From the NCBI GenBank assembly GCA_003697105.1, contig RFFQ01000185.1, positions 1 through 53,206 of the forward strand: a stretch of 53,206 nt of DNA. Reading direction: 5' to 3'. Below, one piece after another: positions 19,910-29,469 of this stretch. This stretch comes from Gemmatimonadota bacterium (GTDB taxonomy: Bacteria > 4572-55 > J002). Position numbers and translations under genes: made by a program. How positions within the stretch are numbered: the first letter of the stretch is position 1; the number at the start of each line of letters is the position of its first letter. Below the pieces are notes generated by a model that saw nothing but the letters and a program-made list of their open reading frames with translations, did not search any database and was not told the DNA's origin.

Positions 19910-22900
19910 TTAGGCAAATGCTTCTTCCACCACGCGGCGTTGTTCCACCTCGTGTACGCGATGGCTGCCACTTGCCGGGCTGCCGCTGGGTAGCCGCCCA
20001 ACATATTTTAAGGTGTGATAATCCCACAATACTTTATCTTTTTGCACGTTATGACCATAAAATTTGGAGAAGATATAGGTCCATGCGCCCATGTTCCGCG
20101 GTTCTTCCTGCACCCACCGGATGTCGCTCGCTTGGGGGTATTTGCGGAAGATGCTCTGTACATATTTGTGGGGGAAGGGGTATAACTGCTCTAAGCGAAC
20201 AATCGCCGTATCGGTGATCTTATTTTCCTCACGATAATGGAGTAGTTCATAGGCGATTTTACCCGTGCAAAATAGAATCCGGGTCGGGTTTTCCGGTGGA
20301 TTCGGATCATCAAGCACCAATTTAAATCGTCCATTGGTGAACTCGGCGGCAGTGGACTTTGCATCGGGGGCTCGTAACAAACTTTTGGGAGTAAAAATCA
20401 CTTGAGGGCGCTTGACTGCCAGATGGGCTTGGCGGCGTAACGCATGGAAGTGTTGCGCTGCGGTTGTCGGCACAATGATGCGCATATTGGATTCCGCACA
20501 GAGCGTTAAGAAGCGTTCGATGCGGGCACTGGAATGCTCCGGACCCTGTCCTTCATAGCCGTGTGGGAGCATCAACACCAATCCGCTGGTCTGTCCCCAT
20601 TTATCTTCTGAGGAGGAGATAAATTGATCGATAATGATTTGCGCCCCGTTCATAAAGTCACCGAATTGGGCTTCCCAGATGGTCAATGAATTTTCGCGCA
20701 CCATGGCATATCCATACTCAAACCCCATGACGGCATATTCACTGAGGGAACTATCATAGGGCATAAAGACCGATTGTTTGCCGGGGATAATATGATTAAG
20801 TGGGTTATAAATCTCTTCGGTTTCATAATCGATCAGAATCGCGTGGCGTTGGCTGAACGTTCCGCGCCGGGAATCTTGCCCGGAGAGGCGAACCGGTGTC
20901 CCCTCTAGCACGAGCGAACCAAACGCCAGCAATTCTCCCATTGCCCAATCAACGGCATCTTTGGCGAGCATTTCACTGCGGTTTTTAAGGAGTCGTATCA
21001 ATTTGGGGTGAATGGTGAAGCCCTCCGGTACGGTACTCAAAGCACGGCTAATTTCGTCTAAAATGGGGCGGGCAACGCCGGTTTCGATCTCGGGGTCGAG
21101 TTGCTCCGGTGGTGTTTCTTCTTGCGGCACAGAAACCGGTTGTGGCTCCACTTTTTGGGTCTCTTCAAATGCGTCTCCCAAAATTTGCTTAAACTCGTTG
21201 GTTACCTTCTGGATTTCCTCCGGTTTAATATTGTGGCGCTTAACCAGTTGCTCCATGTAAATTTCACGAATGGAGGGCATTTGCCGAATTTTAGAATACA
21301 TTTTAGGCTGGGTATAGCTGGGTTCGTCACTTTCATTGTGCCCGTAACGGCGGTAACAGAGCAGATCGATGACCACATCCTTGCCAAACTCCTGGCGGAA
21401 ATCGAGGGCAAGTTCAATCACCCGGATGCAGGCTTCGGGGTCATTGGCATTCACATGGAAGATCGGTGCTTGTACCATTTTGGCGACATCGGTGGCGTAC
21501 ACACTGGATCGCGAGTCTTTGGGTCCGGTGGTGAAACCGATGCCATTGTTGATGACAATGTGAATCGTTCCGCCGGTATGGTAGCCTAGTAACGCACTCA
21601 GGTTGAATGTTTCTGCCACCACTCCTTGACCGGCAAAGGCGGAATCCCCGTGTACGAGCACCGGTAGGACAATTTTCCGGTTGGTACGGTGTCCCGCAAC
21701 GGTGCGCATATCCTGTTTGGCACGTGTCATGCCTTCGGCGACTGGGTCCACCGCTTCCAAATGGCTTGGATTCGCAGAAAGGGTCACTTCTAGCGTACCG
21801 CGCCCATCACGATGATGGTGGACACCTTTTGCTCCGAGGTGGTATTTCACATCTCCGGAACCTTGCGGCAAACTGGGGTCTATATCACCTTCAAATTCGC
21901 GGAAAATCTTAGCGTACGGTTTTTCCATGATATTTGCCAGCACATTGAGCCGTCCCCGGTGTGCCATGCCGATCACCGCTTCGACGATACGGTGGGTCTC
22001 GATAGCCCGGTCAAATAGTGCATCCAACATGGGGATGATCGTTTCCGCACCTTCCGCACTAAACCGCTTGTGACCGATATATTTGGTTTGTAGAAATTGT
22101 TCAAATGCTTCTGCCGCATTGAGCCGGTTTAAAATGCGCATCCGTTTGGCGTGATTGAACAGTTTGTTTATATCAATACCTTCCACGCGGTTCTGAATCC
22201 ATTGTTTTTGGACGGGGTCTTGGATGTGCATATACTCGATCCCGATTGTCTGGCAGTAAGCATCCCGTAAAATATCCAGCACGTCGCGCAGGGTTGCCTT
22301 GTTTTTGCCTGCCAAGCCCGCTACATGGAATGTTCGGTCATAATCCCAGACGGAAAGCTGATAATATTCCGGGTCAAGCTCCACATGGGAAGGTACTTCC
22401 GAGCGGATGGGGTCCAAATTGGCGATCAAATGGCCGCGCACCCGGTACATGTTGATTAACTGATAAACTTTGACCGATTTTTCAATGATCTCATCCGTGC
22501 CCTCCAGCATCGGATTGATGTCGCGCGTCAGTTTGAGGGGCTTAAAGGGGATTTTAAGGCTCTCAAAAATATCATCATAGAAATCATAATCCCCATTGAG
22601 ATACAGGTGGACAAAACGCAGGAATTGGCCACTTTCTGCCCCTTGAATCACGCGGTGATCGTATGTACTGCTGATTGTCATCACTTTGCTGACACCCAAC
22701 CGCGCCAACGTTTGCAAGTCCGCCGATTGGTATTCCGCCGGATAATCGATGGCGCCGGTGGCAACGATTAAGCCTTGTCCGACCATCAACCGTGGTGCGG
22801 AATGGTAGGTGCCAATTGTGCCTGTATTGGTTAAAGTGAGGGTGGTTCCACTAAAATCATCCGGTGAGATGGTGTTATTGCGCACTTTTTGAATCAGTTC

Positions 22901-23506
22901 GTTATAAGCGACGACAAACTCGCGAAAACTTTTCCGGTCAGCCGCTTTGATATTCGGTACCAAGAGGGTGCGTCCACCTTTGCGCTCCACATCCACTGCC
23001 AGACCAAAATTGATCTGTGCCGGTTCGATGCGGTACATTTTTCCGGCGACTTCCGTGAAGGCGTATGTCATGGCGGGGACTTGTTTCAGTGCTTTGAGGA
23101 TCGCCCAAGCAATCACATGCGTAAAACTAATTTTTGGTTGGTTGTGTGCGACTTGGTAACGGTTGATGATTCGCCGATTTTCTTCCAACAGCCGCACGGG
23201 GATGACCCGGGTAGAGGTTGCCGTAGGGATGGACAGACTGCGTTCCATGTTCTCCACAATGCGCACCGCGCCCCCTTTTAAGGGCTTGGCACCCGGAGGG
23301 AGATCATCTGAAGATGATTTCTGGCTGGCGGATGTGGTATCCGCTAGGGGAGGTTTGGGTTTACCGAAACTTTTCCCGTTGGTCGAAAAAAATTCCCGCC
23401 AGTTTTCATCCACCGCGTTGGGATTTTCTTGAAACTGGCGGTACATCTCTTCAATTAGCCATGAATTGGCACCGGAAAACGGCAATGCTTCTCCTTTTTG
23501 AGCCAT
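19910..23506 (-). CDS. kgd: Multifunctional 2-oxoglutarate decarboxylase/dehydrogenase E1 with fused E2-like acyltransferase domain (Kgd/OdhA type)
   Basis: N-terminal GANSWLIEEMY, acyltransferase-like region (SIPTATS...YDHRVIQGAESG), E1 motifs GMAHRGRLN, HGDSAFAGQG, YGHNESDEP, WEAQFGDF, GPEHSSAR. Confidence 0.93.
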   Translation of the reverse strand: MAQKGEALPFSGANSWLIEEMYRQFQENPNAVDENWREFFSTNGKSFGKPKPPLADTTSASQKSSSDDLPPGAKPLKGGAVRIVENMERSLSIPTATSTRVIPVRLLEENRRIINRYQVAHNQPKISFTHVIAWAILKALKQVPAMTYAFTEVAGKMYRIEPAQINFGLAVDVERKGGRTLLVPNIKAADRKSFREFVVAYNELIQKVRNNTISPDDFSGTTLTLTNTGTIGTYHSAPRLMVGQGLIVATGAIDYPAEYQSADLQTLARLGVSKVMTISSTYDHRVIQGAESGQFLRFVHLYLNGDYDFYDDIFESLKIPFKPLKLTRDINPMLEGTDEIIEKSVKVYQLINMYRVRGHLIANLDPIRSEVPSHVELDPEYYQLSVWDYDRTFHVAGLAGKNKATLRDVLDILRDAYCQTIGIEYMHIQDPVQKQWIQNRVEGIDINKLFNHAKRMRILNRLNAAEAFEQFLQTKYIGHKRFSAEGAETIIPMLDALFDRAIETHRIVEAVIGMAHRGRLNVLANIMEKPYAKIFREFEGDIDPSLPQGSGDVKYHLGAKGVHHHRDGRGTLEVTLSANPSHLEAVDPVAEGMTRAKQDMRTVAGHRTNRKIVLPVLVHGDSAFAGQGVVAETFNLSALLGYHTGGTIHIVINNGIGFTTGPKDSRSSVYATDVAKMVQAPIFHVNANDPEACIRVIELALDFRQEFGKDVVIDLLCYRRYGHNESDEPSYTQPKMYSKIRQMPSIREIYMEQLVKRHNIKPEEIQKVTNEFKQILGDAFEETQKVEPQPVSVPQEETPPEQLDPEIETGVARPILDEISRALSTVPEGFTIHPKLIRLLKNRSEMLAKDAVDWAMGELLAFGSLVLEGTPVRLSGQDSRRGTFSQRHAILIDYETEEIYNPLNHIIPGKQSVFMPYDSSLSEYAVMGFEYGYAMVRENSLTIWEAQFGDFMNGAQIIIDQFISSSEDKWGQTSGLVLMLPHGYEGQGPEHSSARIERFLTLCAESNMRIIVPTTAAQHFHALRRQAHLAVKRPQVIFTPKSLLRAPDAKSTAAEFTNGRFKLVLDDPNPPENPTRILFCTGKIAYELLHYREENKITDTAIVRLEQLYPFPHKYVQSIFRKYPQASDIRWVQEEPRNMGAWTYIFSKFYGHNVQKDKVLWDYHTLKYVGRLPSGSPASGSHRVHEVEQRRVVEEAFA

Positions 23507-23580
23507 GATGCTACTCTCTATTCAATTGAAAATGGGAAATTCAGAACAGACGGTCGTTCTATGGTTCGGATTGATCTGTG

Positions 23581-23609
23581 AGTATATGCCGATCCACCCG
23601 AAATGGCAA
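23581..23609 (-). promoter_or_regulatory. Putative sigma70 promoter of kgd-menD-menH
   Basis: Minus strand TTGCCA-17 bp-TATACT. Confidence 0.6.
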
Positions 23610-23671
23610 GGGAAAATTCAGTTAGGTGGGGGATGGTATATCAGGTTTGTTCTTTATAAATGGTGAAACAT

Positions 23672-23703
23672 AAAAAACCCTAAGTAAGGATTTACTTAGG
23701 GTT
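23672..23703 (-). terminator. Intrinsic terminator of the tRNA operon
   Basis: AACCCTAAGTAA / TTACTTAGGGTT stem with a U-tract on the minus strand, just after tRNA-Thr. Confidence 0.8.
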
Positions 23704-23713
23704 ATATCTTTTC

Positions 23714-23789
23714 TGGAGCCGATGAGCGGACTCGAACCGCTGACCTATTCATTACGAGTGAATTGCTCTACCAACTGAGCTACATCGGC
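23714..23789 (-). tRNA. tRNA-Thr(CGT)
   Basis: Reverse complement GCCGATG...ATTCA-CTCGTAA-TGAAT...GGTTCGAGTCC...CATCGGCTCCA. Confidence 0.96.
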
Positions 23790-23805
23790 AGTTGACTTGC
23801 CCGAT

Positions 23806-23881
23806 TGGTGGCCCGGACCGGAATCGAACCAGTGACACAGGGATTTTCAGTCCCCTGCTCTACCTACTGAGCTACCGGGCC
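23806..23881 (-). tRNA. tRNA-Phe(GAA)
   Basis: Reverse complement GGCCCGG...CTGAAAA anticodon loop...GGTTCGATTCC...CCGGGCCACCA. Confidence 0.96.
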
Positions 23882-23896
23882 CCAAAGGCAAAAAAA

Positions 23897-23973
23897 TGGC
23901 GGGGTCGACGAGACTCGAACTCGCGGCCTCTTGCGTGACAGGCAAGCGTTCTAACCAACTGAACTACGACCCC
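23897..23973 (-). tRNA. tRNA-Asp(GTC)
   Basis: Reverse complement GGGGTCG...CTTGC-CTGTCAC-GCAAG...GTTCGAGTC...CGACCCCGCCA. Confidence 0.96.
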
Positions 23974-23993
23974 GCTAAATTTTCACGGTAAGC

Positions 23994-24070
23994 TGGTGGG
24001 CGATAGAGGGCTTGAACCTCTGACCCCCTGCTTGTAAGGCAGGTGCTCTGCCCAACTGAGCTAATCGCCC
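23994..24070 (-). tRNA. tRNA-Val(TAC)
   Basis: Reverse complement GGGCGAT...CCTGC-CTTACAA-GCAGG...GGTTCAAGCCC...ATCGCCCACCA. Confidence 0.96.
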
Positions 24071-24091
24071 GATTTCAAAGAAATCGTGTCT

Positions 24092-24340
24092 TTACTCTTT
24101 ATCTTTATATAAAATCGCCAGCGGCAATAACCCGCAATAACCACCGACTAAAAGTATGGGTGAGACGTACATCGCTAAAAATCCATCCCGCGATGAGCCT
24201 AAAAAGATAAACCCAATTGTGATGACAATTAACCCGGCAACCAGATACAGGATGTTTTGCTTACCAAATAACATCTCCACATTTTGGTCTGTCTGCATCC
24301 GGCGCGAACGCCGTTTGGTTTGCCGCTGTTGTCGAGCCAT
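24092..24340 (-). CDS. DUF3098-like small membrane protein, probably co-transcribed with the tRNA cluster
   Basis: Basic N-terminus, LFGKQN..L..GL..I.IGFI and SPILLVGGY two-TM pattern. Confidence 0.75.
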   Translation of the reverse strand: MARQQRQTKRRSRRMQTDQNVEMLFGKQNILYLVAGLIVITIGFIFLGSSRDGFLAMYVSPILLVGGYCGLLPLAILYKDKE

Positions 24341-24381
24341 AATCACCTTACAAATTTGAGTTGTCGTTTTAGGTGGTGCGG

Positions 24382-24410
24382 AATATAGTAGCCTGTGTAA
24401 TAAAAGTCAA
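24382..24410 (-). promoter_or_regulatory. Putative sigma70 promoter of the DUF3098/tRNA operon
   Basis: Minus strand TTGACT-17 bp-TATATT followed by a GC-rich discriminator (CCGCACC). Confidence 0.7.
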
Positions 24411-24489
24411 GAGAAAAGTTTTGCTTGAACGCCGATTTTTTCAATCCCGCGGTATCGTAGTGAGAACAAGGGTTTTCTCAAAATAAATA

Positions 24490-24518
24490 TTGACACCTTT
24501 TAACATCTCTGGTAAGAT
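24490..24518 (+). promoter_or_regulatory. Putative sigma70 promoter of the large ATPase gene
   Basis: TTGACA-17 bp-TAAGAT with TGn extension; the TTG used as ORF-track start is the -35 box. Confidence 0.7.
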
Positions 24519-24588
24519 CAATAAGGACTATGTTTGGATTTTCGTGTTGGTTATAGGATCGATTTTGTTAGCTTTTAAGGAGGAGGCA

Positions 24589-27500
24589 ATGTCCAACCTT
24601 GTGAATCCGTATGTCACCGGAACACCGTTGACTTCGGAAAATGCGTTTTATGGGCGAGAAGACATTTTTCAATTTATTGAGAATGCGCTTCAAAACCCGT
24701 CCCAAAACCTAATTGTCATTTATGGGCAACGGCGCATTGGGAAGACCTCCATTTTGAACCGGTTACCTCACCGGTTGGCTGGAACCGATTGTCATGTGGT
24801 GTCCTGCTCCTTGATGGGGAAAGCACATTATTCAACGTCCCAAATTTTAGCTCATATTGCGCGGACCATTGCCGAAACCGTCGCTGGTATAGACCTTCCG
24901 GTCGAAGCATCGTTTCGACAAGAGGATTATTTTCGGCGAGAGTTTCTACCGGCAGTTTTTGACCATTTATCATCTTCTCGTTTATTGGTAACGTTTGACG
25001 AGTATGATGAGTTTGGGACAGAACCTCTCCAATTACCCAACTCTGCCTACCGCACCTTGTTTCCATATCTTCAGACTCTGCTCCAATCAGAAAAGCGGCT
25101 GGTTCTGCTTTTCGCGTTAGGGCATCGAATCGAAGAGTTGCCTCCACTCCATCACGGCTTTTTCAAATCTGCTTTAGTGAAAGTAGTACCGCGGCTTTCA
25201 CCCGATGAGGCGAGACGCTTGATCTCTCAAGCCGTTTCAGAAGTGTTTACCTACGATACCTCTGCCCTGAAATTGATCTGGAAATTGACCGCCGGACACC
25301 CCTACTTTACCCAACTAATTGGCTCGGAGGTCTTTAAGTTGGCGCAACGGGAGGGGTTGAGTATTATCAATGCCGATCACGTTCATAGCGTGCTGCCAGC
25401 GGCAATGGAAAGTGGTGAAGCGGCGCTTGCGTGGATGTGGGATGGGTTGTCCCGTTCCGAACGGATTGTGTTTTCGGCGATGGCACACGCGGCTGACGAA
25501 GATGGCGTAGCGACGCTACAGGATATTCGGAGTTCCTTAAAAACGTACCATATCCGGTTGCTGGAAACCGAGATTTCCAACGCACCGAAACACTTGACCG
25601 AAATTGGGATGTTAGAAGCCGTTTCGGAGGATACCTACCGGTTTATTGTCGAATTTTTGCGCGGTTGGGTTTTCTTCAAATACCCTCTGGAAAACATCCA
25701 CCGCAATATTGATCGCGAAAATCAGCGAGCCAACCGCTATTTTGAAAATGCACGGGAAGCCCACTTGGATGGCGAATTTGAATTGGCAATAGAAGATTAC
25801 CGGCGTGCCCTGAAAGCGAATCCGGATCATCTGGGTGCCCGATTGGGGTTGGCACAAGCACTCTATGAACTGGGGGATTACCGCGATGCCATTGTGGAGT
25901 ACAACACGGCATACCAATTAGATGCGCAGGCGGCGAAAGATGGCTTGATTTCGGCACAACTCAAATATGCCACCCAATTGGAAGGAAAGCAAAATCAAAC
26001 GGAAGCAATTGAACTGTACCATCAGGTTTTAGACATCTCACCGCACGAACGGCGCGCGATCTCGCGCTTAAGTGCCATCTGGATGAGTCAAGCACGAAGT
26101 GCGCTCTTAAATAATCATTTTGATGAGGCGATGCGCCACGCCCAGCAGGTGCTGGAAATTGATCCGGATAATCTTATCGTCCAGCAATTAATGGATGAGA
26201 TCAAAGCCCAACAGAAGCAATACCAGATTAAGCAGTTAGCCAACCAAATTGATCGCCTTCAAACCGAAAAAAATTGGGAGTCGCTCCAGAGCCTCTACCG
26301 TCAATTGATTGACTTGGAACCGGATAACCCAATTTGGAGTGAATCTTTAGCAGACGTTGAGCAAGAAATCCGGCTAGGGCAATTATATCAGGAAGCAAAA
26401 ACGGCCCATGATAACGAAGAGTGGGCACGAGCCGAGGCGCTTTGGGCTCAGTTGTACCGCGAAAAAACAACGTATGTCGGGCACGATGGTATCGAAACGG
26501 CAATTCTTTTTGCGCAAGCGATTCTCTCCCGCCGCGGAAACCTCCTTCCCAGCGGCATGTCTTCAGAACAAATTCAGGAATTGAACGCTCAGATTGCTCA
26601 ACTCGAAACTGAAAATGCCACGTTGCGGCAGGAATATAATCAAGCTCAGACCCAACTCGAGCAACTTACTCGTGAAAACCGGCATCTCAATGGTAGAATT
26701 ACGTCGCTCGAACAAACGGAACACCACCTTGCCGAACTCCAAACAACCGTGACACGGTTAACTCAAGAGCGTGACGAAGCGTTATCCAGAAAAGCGGCTG
26801 TGGAGGAACAACTTGCCGAATTAACTGCTAAAGTGGAACAATTGACCACTGAAAACGCAACCTTGACCTCGCAAACCCAGCAACGTGATGAATGGGAACT
26901 CCGCGTTCAGGAATTAGAAACCGAACTCGCCGAACGGACAACGGAGCGTGACCAGCTTCAGGCGGCAAAATTTGAATTAGAACAGCGCCTTCAAACCGCC
27001 GGTACCCAACAGCAACGCCTCGAGGAACTGACCCAAGTGCTCCAATCAGTTACGGCAGAACGCGACACCGCACAGGAACAACAACACACCTTGCAACAGC
27101 AGATTTCGGAATTACAACAAGCTCAGGAAACCGGTGTGGCTACGCAAACCCAATTAACCACCGAACTTGAAACCCTGAAAACCCGTGCCGCCCAGATGGA
27201 AGATGCGTTGAATGCCGCAATGACGGAACAAAAAGAGCTTCGCGACCAGCTTGAACAAAAAACCGCCGAATTGCAAGCACTTCAGTCCAGTTCAAATCAG
27301 GTGGCAGTCCTACAAACTCAACTTCAGGAAAAACAGACGGAAATTGATACCCTCCACCAACGTATTCTGCAGTTGCAACCGCTTCAGGCATTACTCGACC
27401 AAAAATCGCATGAAATTGAACAACTTCAAGCCGAAATCCAAGCCTTAAAAACCGCTGATGCGGAAGAAAAAACCAATTATGAAAATCAGGTGGTCTCTCT

Positions 27501-28932
27501 TAAAAGCGCGTTACAAGAAAAAACGGAGGAGACCACTACCCTCCAAAAACGGTTAGATGAATTAGAAGCTCAGGTGGAAACGCTCATGCAAGTGCCGGAA
27601 GGGACTCACATGATTCAATCCACGGATGAGCCGGATTATCGCGATTTTACTGCCGAAACGGAAGTACCTCCTTCTGCGCCATCGGTTGAAGCGGATTTAT
27701 TTGATGCGCCGCTCGATACTTCTCCCCTTAAAGAGACTTCGAGTGATTTTTTTGAAGACCATACCGGGTTTGAAGAACAAAATCTAACCGAGGATTATGA
27801 TTTTGAACCGGCGGCTTCGACGCCATCCGATACCATTGAAACCGCAGATTTTGAAGAACAAGAATTAGATAGTTTTGAGATGGATGCTCCGCTAACGGGA
27901 ATCCCGGCGGAACCGGAACAGGCTTTTGAACTGGATTTTGATCCCACGTCTGGAGTAGAGGCACCCGCAAGTCCCAGTGTGGAGGAGTTAGACTTTGAAA
28001 CCGGTAGTGATTTCGGCGTTGATACCGGATCACCCGCATCATCCGCCGTTGAAGTCGCTCCGCTACCCGGAAAAGATTTTGATTTTATGTCCGATAGTTT
28101 CGCGGAGGACATGGCAGATGAACCCGATGCGCCGACTCTTACAGAACCGGCGTCATCGGCGTTTGAATTTGATGCCGAAACGGGGTTTGAAGACCTCACC
28201 GTGGGAGATACACCGGCAGAAACCGCATTTGAACCGGAACAAGACGCCGGTTTTGAAGATATTCCGATAAGTGATGATACCACCTTTGGTGAGCAAGCGT
28301 TTGAATTTGATATTACCTCCGGTTTTGAAGGAGATTCATTTGCGGCGGAAACATCTGTTGGTGATGTGGATGCAGGGTTTGAAGACCTCCCTGTAAGCGA
28401 TGATATCCTCATTGATGATTCCGGTTTTGGTCTGGATGATAGCGCTGACGTAACGGATGATCAGCCCGATACGACTTATGCCGGGGCGGCGTATGCCGAA
28501 GGCGTGGCAGACCTGGAAGAAATGGAATTTATGACCGTTGATGACCTGTTCGATCATGTGTCCGCATTCACCGAAGGACTGGTTATGTACAACGAAACCC
28601 GTGATTTTGGTGTGTTTGAACGTATTTACACAGAAATGGACCATCTGGAAACCCTAGCTCAAGTCGGTGAATTTCATTCGGTTAGTGAACTCTCCAGTTT
28701 AACCAAATCGATTTTGTACCGGCTCCATATTGGCGAGTTGGTTTTAGATGATGAACTGTTGGATGCACTTCATGATGCCGCCGAAGCGTTGACCAATTTG
28801 ATTTCCGGATTGATCGGCGAAGAAGATATTGACGATGAATCAATTATGCAGGCGATTCGGGAGCGATTCCGCGATGTACTGGCAAATTATGACACCGGTG
28901 AAGATGATTTTGAAGATTTAGTGGTAGGATAA
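24589..28932 (+). CDS. STAND-type P-loop ATPase with TPR repeats, long coiled coil, acidic repeats and C-terminal HPt-like helical domain
   Basis: AGGAGG RBS; NPYVTGTP..FYGRE, Walker A GQRRIGKTS, Walker B VTFDEYD, LTAGHPYFTQ; TPRs (AIEDYRRALKANPD); Q/E/L heptads; D/E-rich GFED repeats; CheA-P1-like end. Confidence 0.85.
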   Translation: MSNLVNPYVTGTPLTSENAFYGREDIFQFIENALQNPSQNLIVIYGQRRIGKTSILNRLPHRLAGTDCHVVSCSLMGKAHYSTSQILAHIARTIAETVAGIDLPVEASFRQEDYFRREFLPAVFDHLSSSRLLVTFDEYDEFGTEPLQLPNSAYRTLFPYLQTLLQSEKRLVLLFALGHRIEELPPLHHGFFKSALVKVVPRLSPDEARRLISQAVSEVFTYDTSALKLIWKLTAGHPYFTQLIGSEVFKLAQREGLSIINADHVHSVLPAAMESGEAALAWMWDGLSRSERIVFSAMAHAADEDGVATLQDIRSSLKTYHIRLLETEISNAPKHLTEIGMLEAVSEDTYRFIVEFLRGWVFFKYPLENIHRNIDRENQRANRYFENAREAHLDGEFELAIEDYRRALKANPDHLGARLGLAQALYELGDYRDAIVEYNTAYQLDAQAAKDGLISAQLKYATQLEGKQNQTEAIELYHQVLDISPHERRAISRLSAIWMSQARSALLNNHFDEAMRHAQQVLEIDPDNLIVQQLMDEIKAQQKQYQIKQLANQIDRLQTEKNWESLQSLYRQLIDLEPDNPIWSESLADVEQEIRLGQLYQEAKTAHDNEEWARAEALWAQLYREKTTYVGHDGIETAILFAQAILSRRGNLLPSGMSSEQIQELNAQIAQLETENATLRQEYNQAQTQLEQLTRENRHLNGRITSLEQTEHHLAELQTTVTRLTQERDEALSRKAAVEEQLAELTAKVEQLTTENATLTSQTQQRDEWELRVQELETELAERTTERDQLQAAKFELEQRLQTAGTQQQRLEELTQVLQSVTAERDTAQEQQHTLQQQISELQQAQETGVATQTQLTTELETLKTRAAQMEDALNAAMTEQKELRDQLEQKTAELQALQSSSNQVAVLQTQLQEKQTEIDTLHQRILQLQPLQALLDQKSHEIEQLQAEIQALKTADAEEKTNYENQVVSLKSALQEKTEETTTLQKRLDELEAQVETLMQVPEGTHMIQSTDEPDYRDFTAETEVPPSAPSVEADLFDAPLDTSPLKETSSDFFEDHTGFEEQNLTEDYDFEPAASTPSDTIETADFEEQELDSFEMDAPLTGIPAEPEQAFELDFDPTSGVEAPASPSVEELDFETGSDFGVDTGSPASSAVEVAPLPGKDFDFMSDSFAEDMADEPDAPTLTEPASSAFEFDAETGFEDLTVGDTPAETAFEPEQDAGFEDIPISDDTTFGEQAFEFDITSGFEGDSFAAETSVGDVDAGFEDLPVSDDILIDDSGFGLDDSADVTDDQPDTTYAGAAYAEGVADLEEMEFMTVDDLFDHVSAFTEGLVMYNETRDFGVFERIYTEMDHLETLAQVGEFHSVSELSSLTKSILYRLHIGELVLDDELLDALHDAAEALTNLISGLIGEEDIDDESIMQAIRERFRDVLANYDTGEDDFEDLVVG

Positions 28933-28970
28933 CGGTGCAGCTCATTTCCTGAGACCAACAGGATGAACAA

Positions 28971-29005
28971 ACAAACGCCGGTCTATTAACTAGACCGGCG
29001 TTTTG
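28971..29005. terminator. Bidirectional intrinsic terminator between convergent genes
   Basis: AAACGCCGGTCTA-ttaac-TAGACCGGCGTTTT. Confidence 0.82.
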
Positions 29006-29007
29006 TA

Positions 29008-29325
29008 TTATAGGTGAGGTTCAATTTGGGTTTTAATTGCCTGAAGTGGTGCCGCCCCTACGGTTTTCCAGACCACTTGACCATTTTTAAAAAGCATTAA
29101 GGTCGGAATACTTTGTATCCCAAATTTACTAGCAACGTGCGGTTTTTCATCCACATTGACCTTGATCACCAGCAATCTATCTTTGTAATCCTGTGCCAGT
29201 TGTTTAATCGTGGGCGCAATGGCACGGCAAGGAGCACACCACTCCGCCCAGAAATCCACAAATACCGGTTTGTCACTTTCGGCAACCAGTTTATCAAACG
29301 AAGAGGGTAATGATGAGTTTGCCAT
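29008..29325 (-). CDS. trxA: Thioredoxin
   Basis: VDFWAEWCAPC, IQSIPTLMLFKNG; GGAGG RBS. Confidence 0.95.
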   Translation of the reverse strand: MANSSLPSSFDKLVAESDKPVFVDFWAEWCAPCRAIAPTIKQLAQDYKDRLLVIKVNVDEKPHVASKFGIQSIPTLMLFKNGQVVWKTVGAAPLQAIKTQIEPHL

Positions 29326-29469
29326 GAGTTACCTCCTTTACTTTACGATCATACCCCCGGCGGTAATCGTTCACAATTTCTTCTTCCATAAAAAGTTCAC
29401 GTTCCGCTGGTATTTTTTACAGGATTTACCTACCCCCGGTTGTAGTTTCATCATGCAAAATATTCATAG

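Noticed and set aside
23714-24070. tRNA cluster (and tRNA-Pro at 2031) as integration sites of an island
   Set aside because: No integrase or transposase, and no duplicated tRNA 3' end seen in the window
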